From assembly GCA_963663765.2 (NCBI GenBank), contig CAXXUA010000002.1, positions 1-64,000 on the forward strand: a DNA stretch of 64,000 nt, given 5' to 3'. The notes under the pieces are model-generated. The model was given only the letters and a program-made list of their open reading frames with translations. It was not told where the DNA came from and did not search any database. Below, piece after piece: positions 29,039-38,320 of this stretch (positions are counted from its first letter, which is position 1; each line of letters opens with the position of its first letter). Made by a program: the position numbers and the translations under genes. This stretch comes from Candidatus Poribacteria bacterium. Its GTDB lineage: Bacteria > Poribacteria > WGA-4E > WGA-3G.

Positions 29039-31291
29039 ATGAAATACATTAAGTCCACTTTGGAATCGCGCCAAATATTGTATGTAATATCAATCTTTAT
29101 GACATTACTTTTCTGCTTACAATGGCATTCATTTTACATTGCTGAAGCTTCGTACATTGCAACCACAAGAAGACAGGTTGCCTTTTCACCTGATGGTAAT
29201 AAATTGGCAGTATCTACTTCCAATGGTATTTGGTTATACGATAGCTACACCTATGAAAAACGCCAAACACTCAAAGAAAATTCAAAGTGGAATAGTTATG
29301 ATAATATCGTGTTTTCACCAAACGGAAAAATGTTAGCAGCCACAGATGTATACTCAAACAAAATTCATTTGTGGAATCTTAGAACTGGGAAAATCAAATT
29401 TACGTTTTTCGGGCATACTGAGAAAATTTCAGCAATCGCATTTGCTCCTGATAGTGCAATACTTGTAAGTTGTAGTTATGACAAAGCAATCAAGTTATGG
29501 GATGTTCAATCGGGTCTACTCCATGAAACTCTCTATCGACACACCAATATAATCTATTCTGTTGCTTTCTCTCCTGATGGAAATACTTTGGCAAGTTGTG
29601 AATATCAGAAAATACTCTTGTGGAATACTCACACGGGTCAAATCCAGAAAACTCTATACGGACATACAGACTTAGTCTCTGCTGTCGCCTTCTCTCCAGA
29701 TGGCAAGATGATTGCAAGTGCAGGATATGAAAAAATCTTGTTGTGGGATGCACATTCTGGTAAGCATCAAAATACACTAATAGGTCATAGAGGAAGCGTA
29801 GAATCTCTCGCTTTTGCTCCTGATGGTAACATGCTTGCTGGCGGATGTTATCAGGAAATTTTGCTATGGGATATCCAGAATGACAAACTTCTACATACAC
29901 TCAAAGATCCAAAGAGATTAACAGCATACCTATATTACAGTCCAACAGGTATAAATTCCATTTCGTTCTCACAAGATGGCAAAACAATCGCAAGTGTCAG
30001 TGAAGTAAAAAGCAATCAGATCCATTTATGGGACGTAAAAACTGGGAAATACAAATCATCTTTTGGAGAAATTCAACGTAACAGTCTTTATCTGCGAAAT
30101 ATCTCTGATGATGGAAGACTATTTACCCTGTCTTGTAATGGAAGCAGTCACAAAGAGGTGCTTATTGTATGGGAACTGCAAATAGATAAGTCGGAAACAC
30201 CAATCACTATGATCATGTCTAAGCCATCAAAAGAGATTTCTATATCTACTGCACATAATGAATACATTAAGTCAGTACATTTATTAACTGATGGAAAAAC
30301 AATTGCTACCGTTAGCAAAAATACAATTGCATTGTGGAATGCAGAAAAAGCAGAACACAAGGCAACATTAAAAGTCCAAGATGAACATATCTATTCTGTG
30401 GCATTCTCACCTGATGGGAAGACAATTGCAAGTGGAGGTGGTTGGAATAACAATGTAATTCGCTTGTGGGACATCGAAAATGGTATATTATTAGTAACAC
30501 TGAGAGAACATGCTTCTTGGATTGATTGCCTTGCGTTTTCTCCAAATGGAAAATTATTAATCAGTGGAAGTAGGGACAACACGCTTCGATTGTGGGATGC
30601 GAAATCCGGCAAACATCAAGCCACACTAAATGCAATTGGAGCATCTGTAAAGACTTTGGTGTTTTCGCGTGATGGAAACTCCTTGGCAACTGTCGGGGAT
30701 GACAACGCAATTCTGCTATGGGACATGTCGTCAATCTTGATAAACAGAAAACCAATTGCAATATTTCGAGAACATACTGACACAATTGATCAAATCACAT
30801 TTTCTCCGGATGGGAAAACCGTTGTCAGTGGTAGTCGTGATAGCACAATCCGTTCATACGACACAGTAACTGGTCAACACAAAGCCACACTGTACGGACA
30901 CACATCTTGGATTGACTTTCTTGCGTTTTCTCCTGATGGCGAGATCTTAGTTAGTGGAAGTAAGGACAATACTGTACGTTTATGGGATGCCGCAACTGGC
31001 AAACTTCGCACTATCCTAAATAAACAAAGGGGTGGAGATAAACATATTGTTATATCACCCCATGGGAGAACTCTTCTAACACAGGAAGATTATAAGACTT
31101 TTCATCTGTGGGATCTGAGAAAGGGTAGACACCGTATCAAAATAGGTGATGATAAAAAATCTTTCAGAGAATTCCTGTTTATAAGTGGTGGAATGAACCT
31201 AATAACGTTTGATTGGGGTACGTTTTATGTTTGGGATGTTCAAACAGGAAGATATAACATGAAAATACATTCCATACATATTTTCAGATAA
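29039..31291 (+). CDS. WD40-repeat protein with N-terminal hydrophobic segment
   Basis: WD40 repeats; lacks the LPxGA leader. The stop overlaps the convergent gene's stop. Confidence 0.9.
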   Translation: MKYIKSTLESRQILYVISIFMTLLFCLQWHSFYIAEASYIATTRRQVAFSPDGNKLAVSTSNGIWLYDSYTYEKRQTLKENSKWNSYDNIVFSPNGKMLAATDVYSNKIHLWNLRTGKIKFTFFGHTEKISAIAFAPDSAILVSCSYDKAIKLWDVQSGLLHETLYRHTNIIYSVAFSPDGNTLASCEYQKILLWNTHTGQIQKTLYGHTDLVSAVAFSPDGKMIASAGYEKILLWDAHSGKHQNTLIGHRGSVESLAFAPDGNMLAGGCYQEILLWDIQNDKLLHTLKDPKRLTAYLYYSPTGINSISFSQDGKTIASVSEVKSNQIHLWDVKTGKYKSSFGEIQRNSLYLRNISDDGRLFTLSCNGSSHKEVLIVWELQIDKSETPITMIMSKPSKEISISTAHNEYIKSVHLLTDGKTIATVSKNTIALWNAEKAEHKATLKVQDEHIYSVAFSPDGKTIASGGGWNNNVIRLWDIENGILLVTLREHASWIDCLAFSPNGKLLISGSRDNTLRLWDAKSGKHQATLNAIGASVKTLVFSRDGNSLATVGDDNAILLWDMSSILINRKPIAIFREHTDTIDQITFSPDGKTVVSGSRDSTIRSYDTVTGQHKATLYGHTSWIDFLAFSPDGEILVSGSKDNTVRLWDAATGKLRTILNKQRGGDKHIVISPHGRTLLTQEDYKTFHLWDLRKGRHRIKIGDDKKSFREFLFISGGMNLITFDWGTFYVWDVQTGRYNMKIHSIHIFR

Positions 31292-33221
31292 AAATCTTGT
31301 AGGTGCGTAAGCCAGAAACCGGTCCGATGATTGCCCAGCTGCTACCGATGACATAATCACCCAAAATCAAACCCAAAAAGAGCGGTGCAACACGACGGTG
31401 TAGCTTCAATCCACCGTGTCTTAAGATCATCAACTTCAGAAACCACGCAATGAAGAATGCAAACCAGAAATAATCCATCGCGAAACTAATTGCAAGCGCA
31501 TAACCCGCGGGATGGAAAGGCCACCACAGAAAATGCATTCGCATATACATCATGACAAATGTCAATAATGCACCGATTCCCATAAAACTTATACCGATTG
31601 GATTCGGTTCGGTTGGATTGTGCAACCATCGTTGAAGTCGTCCAAAAGACTCTCGACCAACCCAACCTTTGAAACCACCTGCTTTCGCTAGCGCACCATT
31701 CCGATAAGTTATGTCAAGATTTGCCCAAAACGTTGCTATTATGCCAACTACAATTGCTATCAACATAGCAATCCACAATCGTCTATTCCCCATACCAGTT
31801 GACTCCGCCAGTTTGAATGCTTCAATCTGATTCGGCATCGGATGATTTCGGTAGCCACGGTTGAACCAATAGAATAGTGACATAATCGTGAGGCTGCTTG
31901 TGTCAAACTGTCGAGTTCCACCTACCATCGCTAACATATCATGCGGATTGACATAGTAGATTTCATGCGGAGTTCCGAGTTCTGCACGTACGCGTGTTAT
32001 CGCAAAGGAGAGCAGGAAGTAGATACCAAAGAAAATACCAGCAACCCACAAAGTCATACCTGCTATGTTTGCAAAGATGCCGAGTGCAATTAGTGAACCG
32101 ATGATGCCTAACAATGCAGCACGATACGGCATCGGTTCATCTGAATCGTCAAGGTGTGATCTGAATCCAAGTGCTTTCTTCAATACCTCTTTCAGATGCC
32201 GACGGGTTACCCAGATTGCCAACAAAAAAAGGGCAACCCAAGCACCGTAAGCCTGTTCATTCAAAGCAGGGAAATAGCGGGTACCGAGGGCAGCAGCAAC
32301 GACAAATTCTGCTAAACGCACAACAAAGAAAAACCAACATGAAAAAGAAAGGTCAAGTGGTAAGAAAAATGCTAAACCAACTGCAAATGGATAAACAGAG
32401 ATACGGGTCCCACGTATTACACTCCAAGGACGTTCCGTGAAGATGTTTTGAAACACTGCTGTACGCTTGATGTATGGAATCTCTGGAAATTGCGGAAACA
32501 GATAGCTAATCCCATTTATGACACCGATGATGAATGCGATACTGAATCCAATCCACATCATCCGATTTTTCAACAACCGTATGCCGCCATCCTCTGAAAG
32601 ATGTAGGGGTAATTGTATGATAGGATATGCCAATTTTTCCTGTTCTGTCCATCGCTTGCGTACAAGCGTGTTAATGCATAACATCATAAACATCATGATG
32701 AGGAAGAACAGACCCCAAAATGCTAATGGTTTTATCCAAACTTGCAGATTGTGATTTGTATAAAAACTGGCTTCTCCTTCATAAAACCCTTGGAGACTAT
32801 GCGGGTCAGAAATGGTTAGCCAAGTAGGTAGATACCGAAAAAAGAGTGTTTGCCATTCATTCTCCTCAGTCGCAAAGCGGAAAGGGTGTGCAATACTACC
32901 GAACATATTTTGCATCGTGTCGTGACCAGCAAATGTGCATGAAATCGCAACCATGATGTAAACAGTTAGCAGTTCTCCCTGCTTTAGCATGTGTCGTGGG
33001 GCAATCTGCTTCATTAAGATATTTGCAATGACACACACAAACATAATGAAAATCGGTTGGATAAAAAGCGGTAGACATGAACCGTCGAGTGAGTAATATT
33101 TTACTTCAACAATTGTCATCCAATAAACATTGACGGGAATGAGCAGGACACCTAATAGGAGCGCGCGACCAGTAATTCGCATGGATGTTGAGTTTCTGTC
33201 ATGTGTGTGCATAGAATCCAT
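31284..33221 (-). CDS. Polytopic membrane protein, DUF6785/DUF6784-like (putative transporter)
   Basis: GEL..[VI]Y.M, W.E.EKL.YPI.QLP, TRVRAELG and WWP.HP.GY motifs; paralogue of 58563-60524. Start moved to avoid overlap with the upstream gene. Confidence 0.7.
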   Translation of the reverse strand: MDSMHTHDRNSTSMRITGRALLLGVLLIPVNVYWMTIVEVKYYSLDGSCLPLFIQPIFIMFVCVIANILMKQIAPRHMLKQGELLTVYIMVAISCTFAGHDTMQNMFGSIAHPFRFATEENEWQTLFFRYLPTWLTISDPHSLQGFYEGEASFYTNHNLQVWIKPLAFWGLFFLIMMFMMLCINTLVRKRWTEQEKLAYPIIQLPLHLSEDGGIRLLKNRMMWIGFSIAFIIGVINGISYLFPQFPEIPYIKRTAVFQNIFTERPWSVIRGTRISVYPFAVGLAFFLPLDLSFSCWFFFVVRLAEFVVAAALGTRYFPALNEQAYGAWVALFLLAIWVTRRHLKEVLKKALGFRSHLDDSDEPMPYRAALLGIIGSLIALGIFANIAGMTLWVAGIFFGIYFLLSFAITRVRAELGTPHEIYYVNPHDMLAMVGGTRQFDTSSLTIMSLFYWFNRGYRNHPMPNQIEAFKLAESTGMGNRRLWIAMLIAIVVGIIATFWANLDITYRNGALAKAGGFKGWVGRESFGRLQRWLHNPTEPNPIGISFMGIGALLTFVMMYMRMHFLWWPFHPAGYALAISFAMDYFWFAFFIAWFLKLMILRHGGLKLHRRVAPLFLGLILGDYVIGSSWAIIGPVSGLRTYKIFI

Positions 33222-33240
33222 TGGGGATTGAATAGAAATG

Positions 33241-35115
33241 TTATCGGTAGGTTTTAACAATTTCTGATATGACAATTCGTCTGTTTTTCCAATTGAGTCT
33301 GGCAGGGGGTATGAGATAAATTCCGTCAATAGGTATGTTTTCTTGATTACGGATTTCTCGTACAAGTTCAAGTGTCAACTGCATACCGAGTTCGTTACCT
33401 GCTGTGTCGCCAAGGTCACGGAACTTGTCCACTATAAACTGAGGTATATATAAGCCCAAATTGTCGCGAAGATAGGAAGCACTGCGTGCACTCGTTAAAG
33501 GCAGGATACCGAAAAGAATTTTAGTATTGAGATGTTCAGCGGCTTTATATGCGCGTTCAATGTCTTCAAAAGTCCATACAGGTTGGGTATATACGAATTT
33601 AGCTCCTTCTGTTACCTTGTTAGCGAAATGCTTGACGTGTGGGTCAAGGTTTTCTGCGATTGTGTATCCGCCGCCAAAGTAGAATCCACACGGGTCACCG
33701 ATTGACGAACCATCTGCGAGTTCACCATGATTAAGACGAGAGATGAGTTTCATGAGTTGGACGGCGCCACGTACATCAGGCACAAGGCTTGCAGATTCAT
33801 AAGGTCCTGCTTTTGGATGATCACCTGACAACGCGACGATTCCACGTATGCCTAACGCCTCAGCTTCTAATAGGTGTGATTGCATACTGATGAGATTGCG
33901 GGAACGTGTTGTCCAATGGATAAGTGTTGGAATGTTAGTCGCTTGCTGAAGCCGAAATGCTGTGCCGACTGCACCTATGTTCACGGCAGCACCAGAATTG
34001 TCAGTTACATCAAATAGGTCAACTCCTATTGCAGCAAGCACTTTAGCTTCCTTTAGCAATGCCCGTAATTGTGGGAAAGTGTTTGCCCGCGCTTCTACAC
34101 TGACGATTCGATTTCGAGTTTCAAAAACCTGTTGTACGGGGTTTTCTCTTTGTGTCTTGTATGTTGGTGTGCTTTTCGGTAGAACAAAGATGCGGGTTTG
34201 GCGTTTAATGGGTTTCATCGAAGCAACTGCTTGACGTATTCTGGCAATGTATTGCGGAGTTGTTCCACAGCAACCTCCAATCATGTTCGCTCCGAGGTCG
34301 ACTAATTTATGAACATAGTCTGTAAAGACATCTGCACCAACGGTATATGAAACAGCGATCTCACCTTGTTCTACCCTTGGATTGCCGGCATTTGGTTGGA
34401 CGACGAGTGGTACTCTGATGACAGGAGCAAGGAGTTCCATTGCTTGAACGAGATCGTGTGGACCTCTGCAATTGATACCGACAGCATGCGCACCCAGTTG
34501 CTCTAATTCTTGTGCAAAAACCCGAACATCCAGACCCGTACCAACCGTCCCACCTGAAATACCACTAATTTCAACAACCACTGGAACACCATAGGTCAGT
34601 GCTTGTTTTGTGGCGATTTCTGCCTGTTTTTGAGAAACAAAGGTTTCCAGAATCAGTAGGTCAACACCTTCATCAACAAGTGCATCCATTTGTTCTTTGA
34701 AGAGTTGACGTGCGGTTTTCGTAGAAGGTATTTCAGACGTAACATTTACATCATCTGCGTTGAAAGGAATTTGACCAACCGACCCAGCAACAAAACATCG
34801 TTTTCCCGTTCCTTCACGTGCTAATTTCACTCCTGCACGATTGATTTCCTTTACTTGATTGTCAAACCCATGGATTGCTAATGCTTCTCGATTTGCCTGA
34901 TATGTGTTGGTTTGGATGACATCTGCGCCAGCATCTGCATACGCTTGATGTATATTTACGACTTCGTCAGTATATTCATCAATGATGTTGCATGCGTCTA
35001 CACAAGGGAGATTCGCTGGTATCTGTTTGCGTAGTTCTGTTCCGATGGCACCATCACACACAAGAATTCGGTGTTCAATAGCTTCTATGAATGTATCATT
35101 AGTTGTAAGCGTCAT
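33241..35115 (-). CDS. yitJ: Bifunctional homocysteine S-methyltransferase / methylenetetrahydrofolate reductase
   Basis: DGAIGT, AGADVIQTNTY, GINC, PNAG and GGCCGTTP motifs, then an MTHFR-like domain (VTDN, RN...QS.LL, SGD, TQPV). Confidence 0.85.
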   Translation of the reverse strand: MTLTTNDTFIEAIEHRILVCDGAIGTELRKQIPANLPCVDACNIIDEYTDEVVNIHQAYADAGADVIQTNTYQANREALAIHGFDNQVKEINRAGVKLAREGTGKRCFVAGSVGQIPFNADDVNVTSEIPSTKTARQLFKEQMDALVDEGVDLLILETFVSQKQAEIATKQALTYGVPVVVEISGISGGTVGTGLDVRVFAQELEQLGAHAVGINCRGPHDLVQAMELLAPVIRVPLVVQPNAGNPRVEQGEIAVSYTVGADVFTDYVHKLVDLGANMIGGCCGTTPQYIARIRQAVASMKPIKRQTRIFVLPKSTPTYKTQRENPVQQVFETRNRIVSVEARANTFPQLRALLKEAKVLAAIGVDLFDVTDNSGAAVNIGAVGTAFRLQQATNIPTLIHWTTRSRNLISMQSHLLEAEALGIRGIVALSGDHPKAGPYESASLVPDVRGAVQLMKLISRLNHGELADGSSIGDPCGFYFGGGYTIAENLDPHVKHFANKVTEGAKFVYTQPVWTFEDIERAYKAAEHLNTKILFGILPLTSARSASYLRDNLGLYIPQFIVDKFRDLGDTAGNELGMQLTLELVREIRNQENIPIDGIYLIPPARLNWKNRRIVISEIVKTYR

Positions 35116-35190
35116 AGTAGAGTTGATAGTTGCTGTTGCGATTGTTGATATTAATGCGTTTTACTTAATCAATACCTTCGCCAATAATAG

Positions 35191-35497
35191 ACATTCTTCC
35201 AGATTGTGCGGTCAGTTGTAGCACATTCTTCCAGATTGTGCGGTCAGTTGTAGCACATTCTTCCAGATTGTGTGGTCAGTTGTAGCACATTCTTCCAGAT
35301 TGTGCGGTCAGTTGTAGCACATTCTTCCAGATTGTGCGGTCAGTTGTAGCACATTCTTCCAGATTGTGCGGTCAGTTGTAGCACATTCTTCCAGATTGTG
35401 CGGTCAGTTGTAGCACATTCTTCCAGATTGTGCGGTCAGTTGTAGCACATTCTTCCAGATTGTGCGGTCAGTTGTAGCACATTCTTCCAGATTGTGC
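35191..35497. repeat. Tandem array, 32-bp unit (gtagcacattcttccagattgtgc + ggtcagtt), 9 full copies plus 1 partial
   Basis: Units start at 35191, 35223 ... 35479; one C>T variant at 35273; no unique spacers. Confidence 0.95.
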
Positions 35498-35704
35498 ATA
35501 TAAATTATTCTGTCAGATTCTATCGTCAAATTAGACGCTATGATAATTAAAAATACTTCAACGAAAACCTGAAGTTATTTTTATTTATGTAATCCTAACA
35601 ATATCACAGAGCAATGGTAGATCAACACTATATACTCATTCAACTGAAGCACTCAAAAATGGCGAAGGTATTGCTTAATAGAAAAAGTTTGATACTCAAT
35701 GCTA

Positions 35705-37807
35705 TTAATTTGGGGTAATTGCAGATCCAAAAATGTACTCGTAGTCCCAAAGAAGTGCTGTGCCACCTTGACTGGCAGTAGCAATTGTTTTCCCATTCGG
35801 ATTAATTGAAATCATATTAACTGGATATGTATGTGCTTTGAGTCTTTTCTTTTCCAAACCGGTGTTGACATCCCACAATCGTACAGTAGCGTCTTGATTT
35901 CCGCTCATCAGGAGATTTCCATCGGGACTAAAAATCAGGGTATTTGCGTAACTATAAAGTGTTTCAATATTTTTCTTCAGTTTACCGGTCTCTACATCCC
36001 ACAACTGAATACCTAATATATCTCCTCCGCTTGCAAGTGTTTTTCCATCTGGACTGAATGTAATACAAGAAATTGTCCATGATTGAGAGGTAAGTGTTCT
36101 TAGCAATTCTCCTGTAGCAACATCCCATATATGGATTGTCTGATTTACGCTTCCATTGGCGATGGTCTTTCCATCCGGATTAAACGCTATTGCAATACGA
36201 TAGTAATTAGCCATATATCCAGTAAGTGTGTATATATGTTCACCTGTTTTGGCATTCCATAGTCGTATACTATTATCCTTGCTTTCACTTGCAATAAGTG
36301 TTCCATCTGGACTAAACAAGACTTTTCTTACAATATCCGTATGTCCAGTAAGTTTCTTTATTCGTTTTCCCGATTTGGAATCCCACAGACGTAGGGAATT
36401 ATCCCAGCTGCCGCTTGCTAATACAGAACCATCTGGACTGAACGCAACGGATGCAACGGTAGACCTATGACCTCGTAGTGTGTTAATATGTTTCCCTGTA
36501 GTGACATCCCACAAACGAATGGTTTTATCAGCACTTCCACTTGCAAGTGTCAATCCATCCGGACTGATATCCATACAAAATATGTCTCTCCCATGACCTT
36601 TTAGAATACTTCTATGTTTCCCTGTTTCAACATTCCACAAACGAACAGTCCAGTCATTTCCCCTACTTGCGAGTGTTTGTCCATCAGTACTAAGCTTAAT
36701 ACCTTCGGTTGTGTGTCGCAATAATCTGTGTGACAGTTTTGGAGAGATGGCTGTTTCACTAACAATGTCGGTATGTCCTGTGAGGGTATTCTTATGTTTT
36801 TTTGTAGTAATGTCCCAAAGATACACTATACTGTCTTGGCTCAAACTAATAAGCGTTTTTCCATCTGGACTAAATAATACTTTTTGTAGTTCTGATATAT
36901 GTTTCTTGAGAGTTTTCTTATGTTTTCCTGTTGCGACATTCCATAATTTGACGCTTTTATCATGGCTGCCACTTGCAAGCGTTCTTCCATCTGGACTAAA
37001 GTCCAAACTATATATAGCCTTTTTATGTCCTTTAAGTGTCAGTTTTTGTCTACCTGTTTTGACATCCCAGAGACAAATTATGTCGTCAAACCCACCACTT
37101 GCGAGTGTTTTGCCATCTGGACTGAAAGCGACAGCTCTGACTGATTTTTTATGACCTTTTAGAACTTGCTTTTTCTTTTTTTCTGCAGTATTCCATAATT
37201 CAACACCATTACCTCTGCATCTTGCAAGCATGAGACCGTCTGGACTACAATCTATGTTTACATATAAATCCATATAGAGTTCAACCTTATGTGTGTTTGT
37301 TGTGAGATCCCACAAATCCATCTTATAGGTATTCAGACTTGCAAGTGTATTCCCATCACCAATGAAAGAGACATATTTAAAGATTAAACTATCATTGGAA
37401 TCAAATTCACTTATGAATGTATTCTTATGCTTTAGTGTTTGCGTGTCCCATAGACGGATTGTTTTGTCTTTGCTTGCAGTTGCGAGTGTTTTGCCGTTGG
37501 GACTAAACGCTAAGCTTTGAACAGCACCTGTATGTCCAGTGAGAAGTTTCTGTTCTTCTAAGGTATTTGCATCATAGAACCAAATACCTGTAGCACTTGC
37601 GACTGCTAATTGTGAGCTATCTGGTGAAAACACAATATCAGAAATCTTACCTTTACCGAGTCGTGCTTTTACTCCCTTAGGTAGATTCCATTGGGGAGAA
37701 TCGTGGATGAATGCATCTGGACGATTAGGCGTAGAAACAAATCTAAATACTAATATGGCAAGAATGATGCCTATTACAAGTAAGATTGCACTCCATTTTG
37801 GTTTCAT
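35705..37807 (-). CDS. Membrane-anchored or secreted WD40-repeat protein
   Basis: N-terminal TM, DSPQWNLPKGVKARLGKG leader and canonical WD40 repeats. Confidence 0.9.
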   Translation of the reverse strand: MKPKWSAILLVIGIILAILVFRFVSTPNRPDAFIHDSPQWNLPKGVKARLGKGKISDIVFSPDSSQLAVASATGIWFYDANTLEEQKLLTGHTGAVQSLAFSPNGKTLATASKDKTIRLWDTQTLKHKNTFISEFDSNDSLIFKYVSFIGDGNTLASLNTYKMDLWDLTTNTHKVELYMDLYVNIDCSPDGLMLARCRGNGVELWNTAEKKKKQVLKGHKKSVRAVAFSPDGKTLASGGFDDIICLWDVKTGRQKLTLKGHKKAIYSLDFSPDGRTLASGSHDKSVKLWNVATGKHKKTLKKHISELQKVLFSPDGKTLISLSQDSIVYLWDITTKKHKNTLTGHTDIVSETAISPKLSHRLLRHTTEGIKLSTDGQTLASRGNDWTVRLWNVETGKHRSILKGHGRDIFCMDISPDGLTLASGSADKTIRLWDVTTGKHINTLRGHRSTVASVAFSPDGSVLASGSWDNSLRLWDSKSGKRIKKLTGHTDIVRKVLFSPDGTLIASESKDNSIRLWNAKTGEHIYTLTGYMANYYRIAIAFNPDGKTIANGSVNQTIHIWDVATGELLRTLTSQSWTISCITFSPDGKTLASGGDILGIQLWDVETGKLKKNIETLYSYANTLIFSPDGNLLMSGNQDATVRLWDVNTGLEKKRLKAHTYPVNMISINPNGKTIATASQGGTALLWDYEYIFGSAITPN

Positions 37808-37842
37808 TGTCTTATACGCCTTGTAGACTGTCTACACTAATT

Positions 37843-37926
37843 TTGTAGGTCGGGTAGAGGAACGAAACCCGACATGTATTTATTGCGACTATCATGTCGG
37901 GTTTCGTTCCTCTACCCGACCTACAA
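37843..37926. repeat. REP doublet (REPIN-like) GTAGGTCGGGTAGAG type
   Basis: ttgtaggtcgggtagaggaacgaaacccgacatg ... catgtcgggtttcgttcctctacccgacctacaa, perfect 34-bp arms. Confidence 0.85.
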
Positions 37927-37972
37927 TGTAAGAGTAGACAATTCATTTGTTGTAATAAACATATCGTCCCTA

Positions 37973-38129
37973 ATGAAAATTAATAAATAAATTAGATAAT
38001 TTTATCTAACCCACCCTGATAGGCGTGGTTTGTAAGCGCGCTGGCACATCAAGTCCCAACAGCGCGCCTACAAACCACGCCTACCGTGTGAGATTAATTT
38101 ATTACCGAATTAATAAATTAATCTTCATA
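37973..38129. mobile_element. AT-rich-ended MITE inserted in the centre of a GTCCCTAC-GGGAC REP and carrying a TAGGCGTG REP pair
   Basis: TIRs atgaaaattaat/attaatcttcat; removal restores catatcgtccctacgagactaaag. Confidence 0.6.
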
Positions 38130-38320
38130 CGAGACTAAAGACCGATGTTCATGTTTCAATAATCTAAAATTGATTCAAAAGGTGCAGTTAGGAAACCTTA
38201 TCTGCAGCAATTAGATATTAACTTTCAGTAAATCTCAATAATAGAAGACTCTTAAAACTGAATAACCCTGATTAAGGTCTTTTCACATTTGACAGCACAG
38301 ACGGCTGGCTGTTCTATTTC

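Noticed and set aside
33222-33371. 130-bp overlap between the DUF6785-like ORF and the yitJ-like gene
   Set aside because: The paralogue at 58563 starts at the equivalent of about 33221-33212; the extension is incidental.
35116-35520. Possible SAM or cobalamin riboswitch upstream of the yitJ-like gene
   Set aside because: No recognisable riboswitch consensus by eye; the region is occupied by the tandem array. A covariance-model search would be needed to exclude it.
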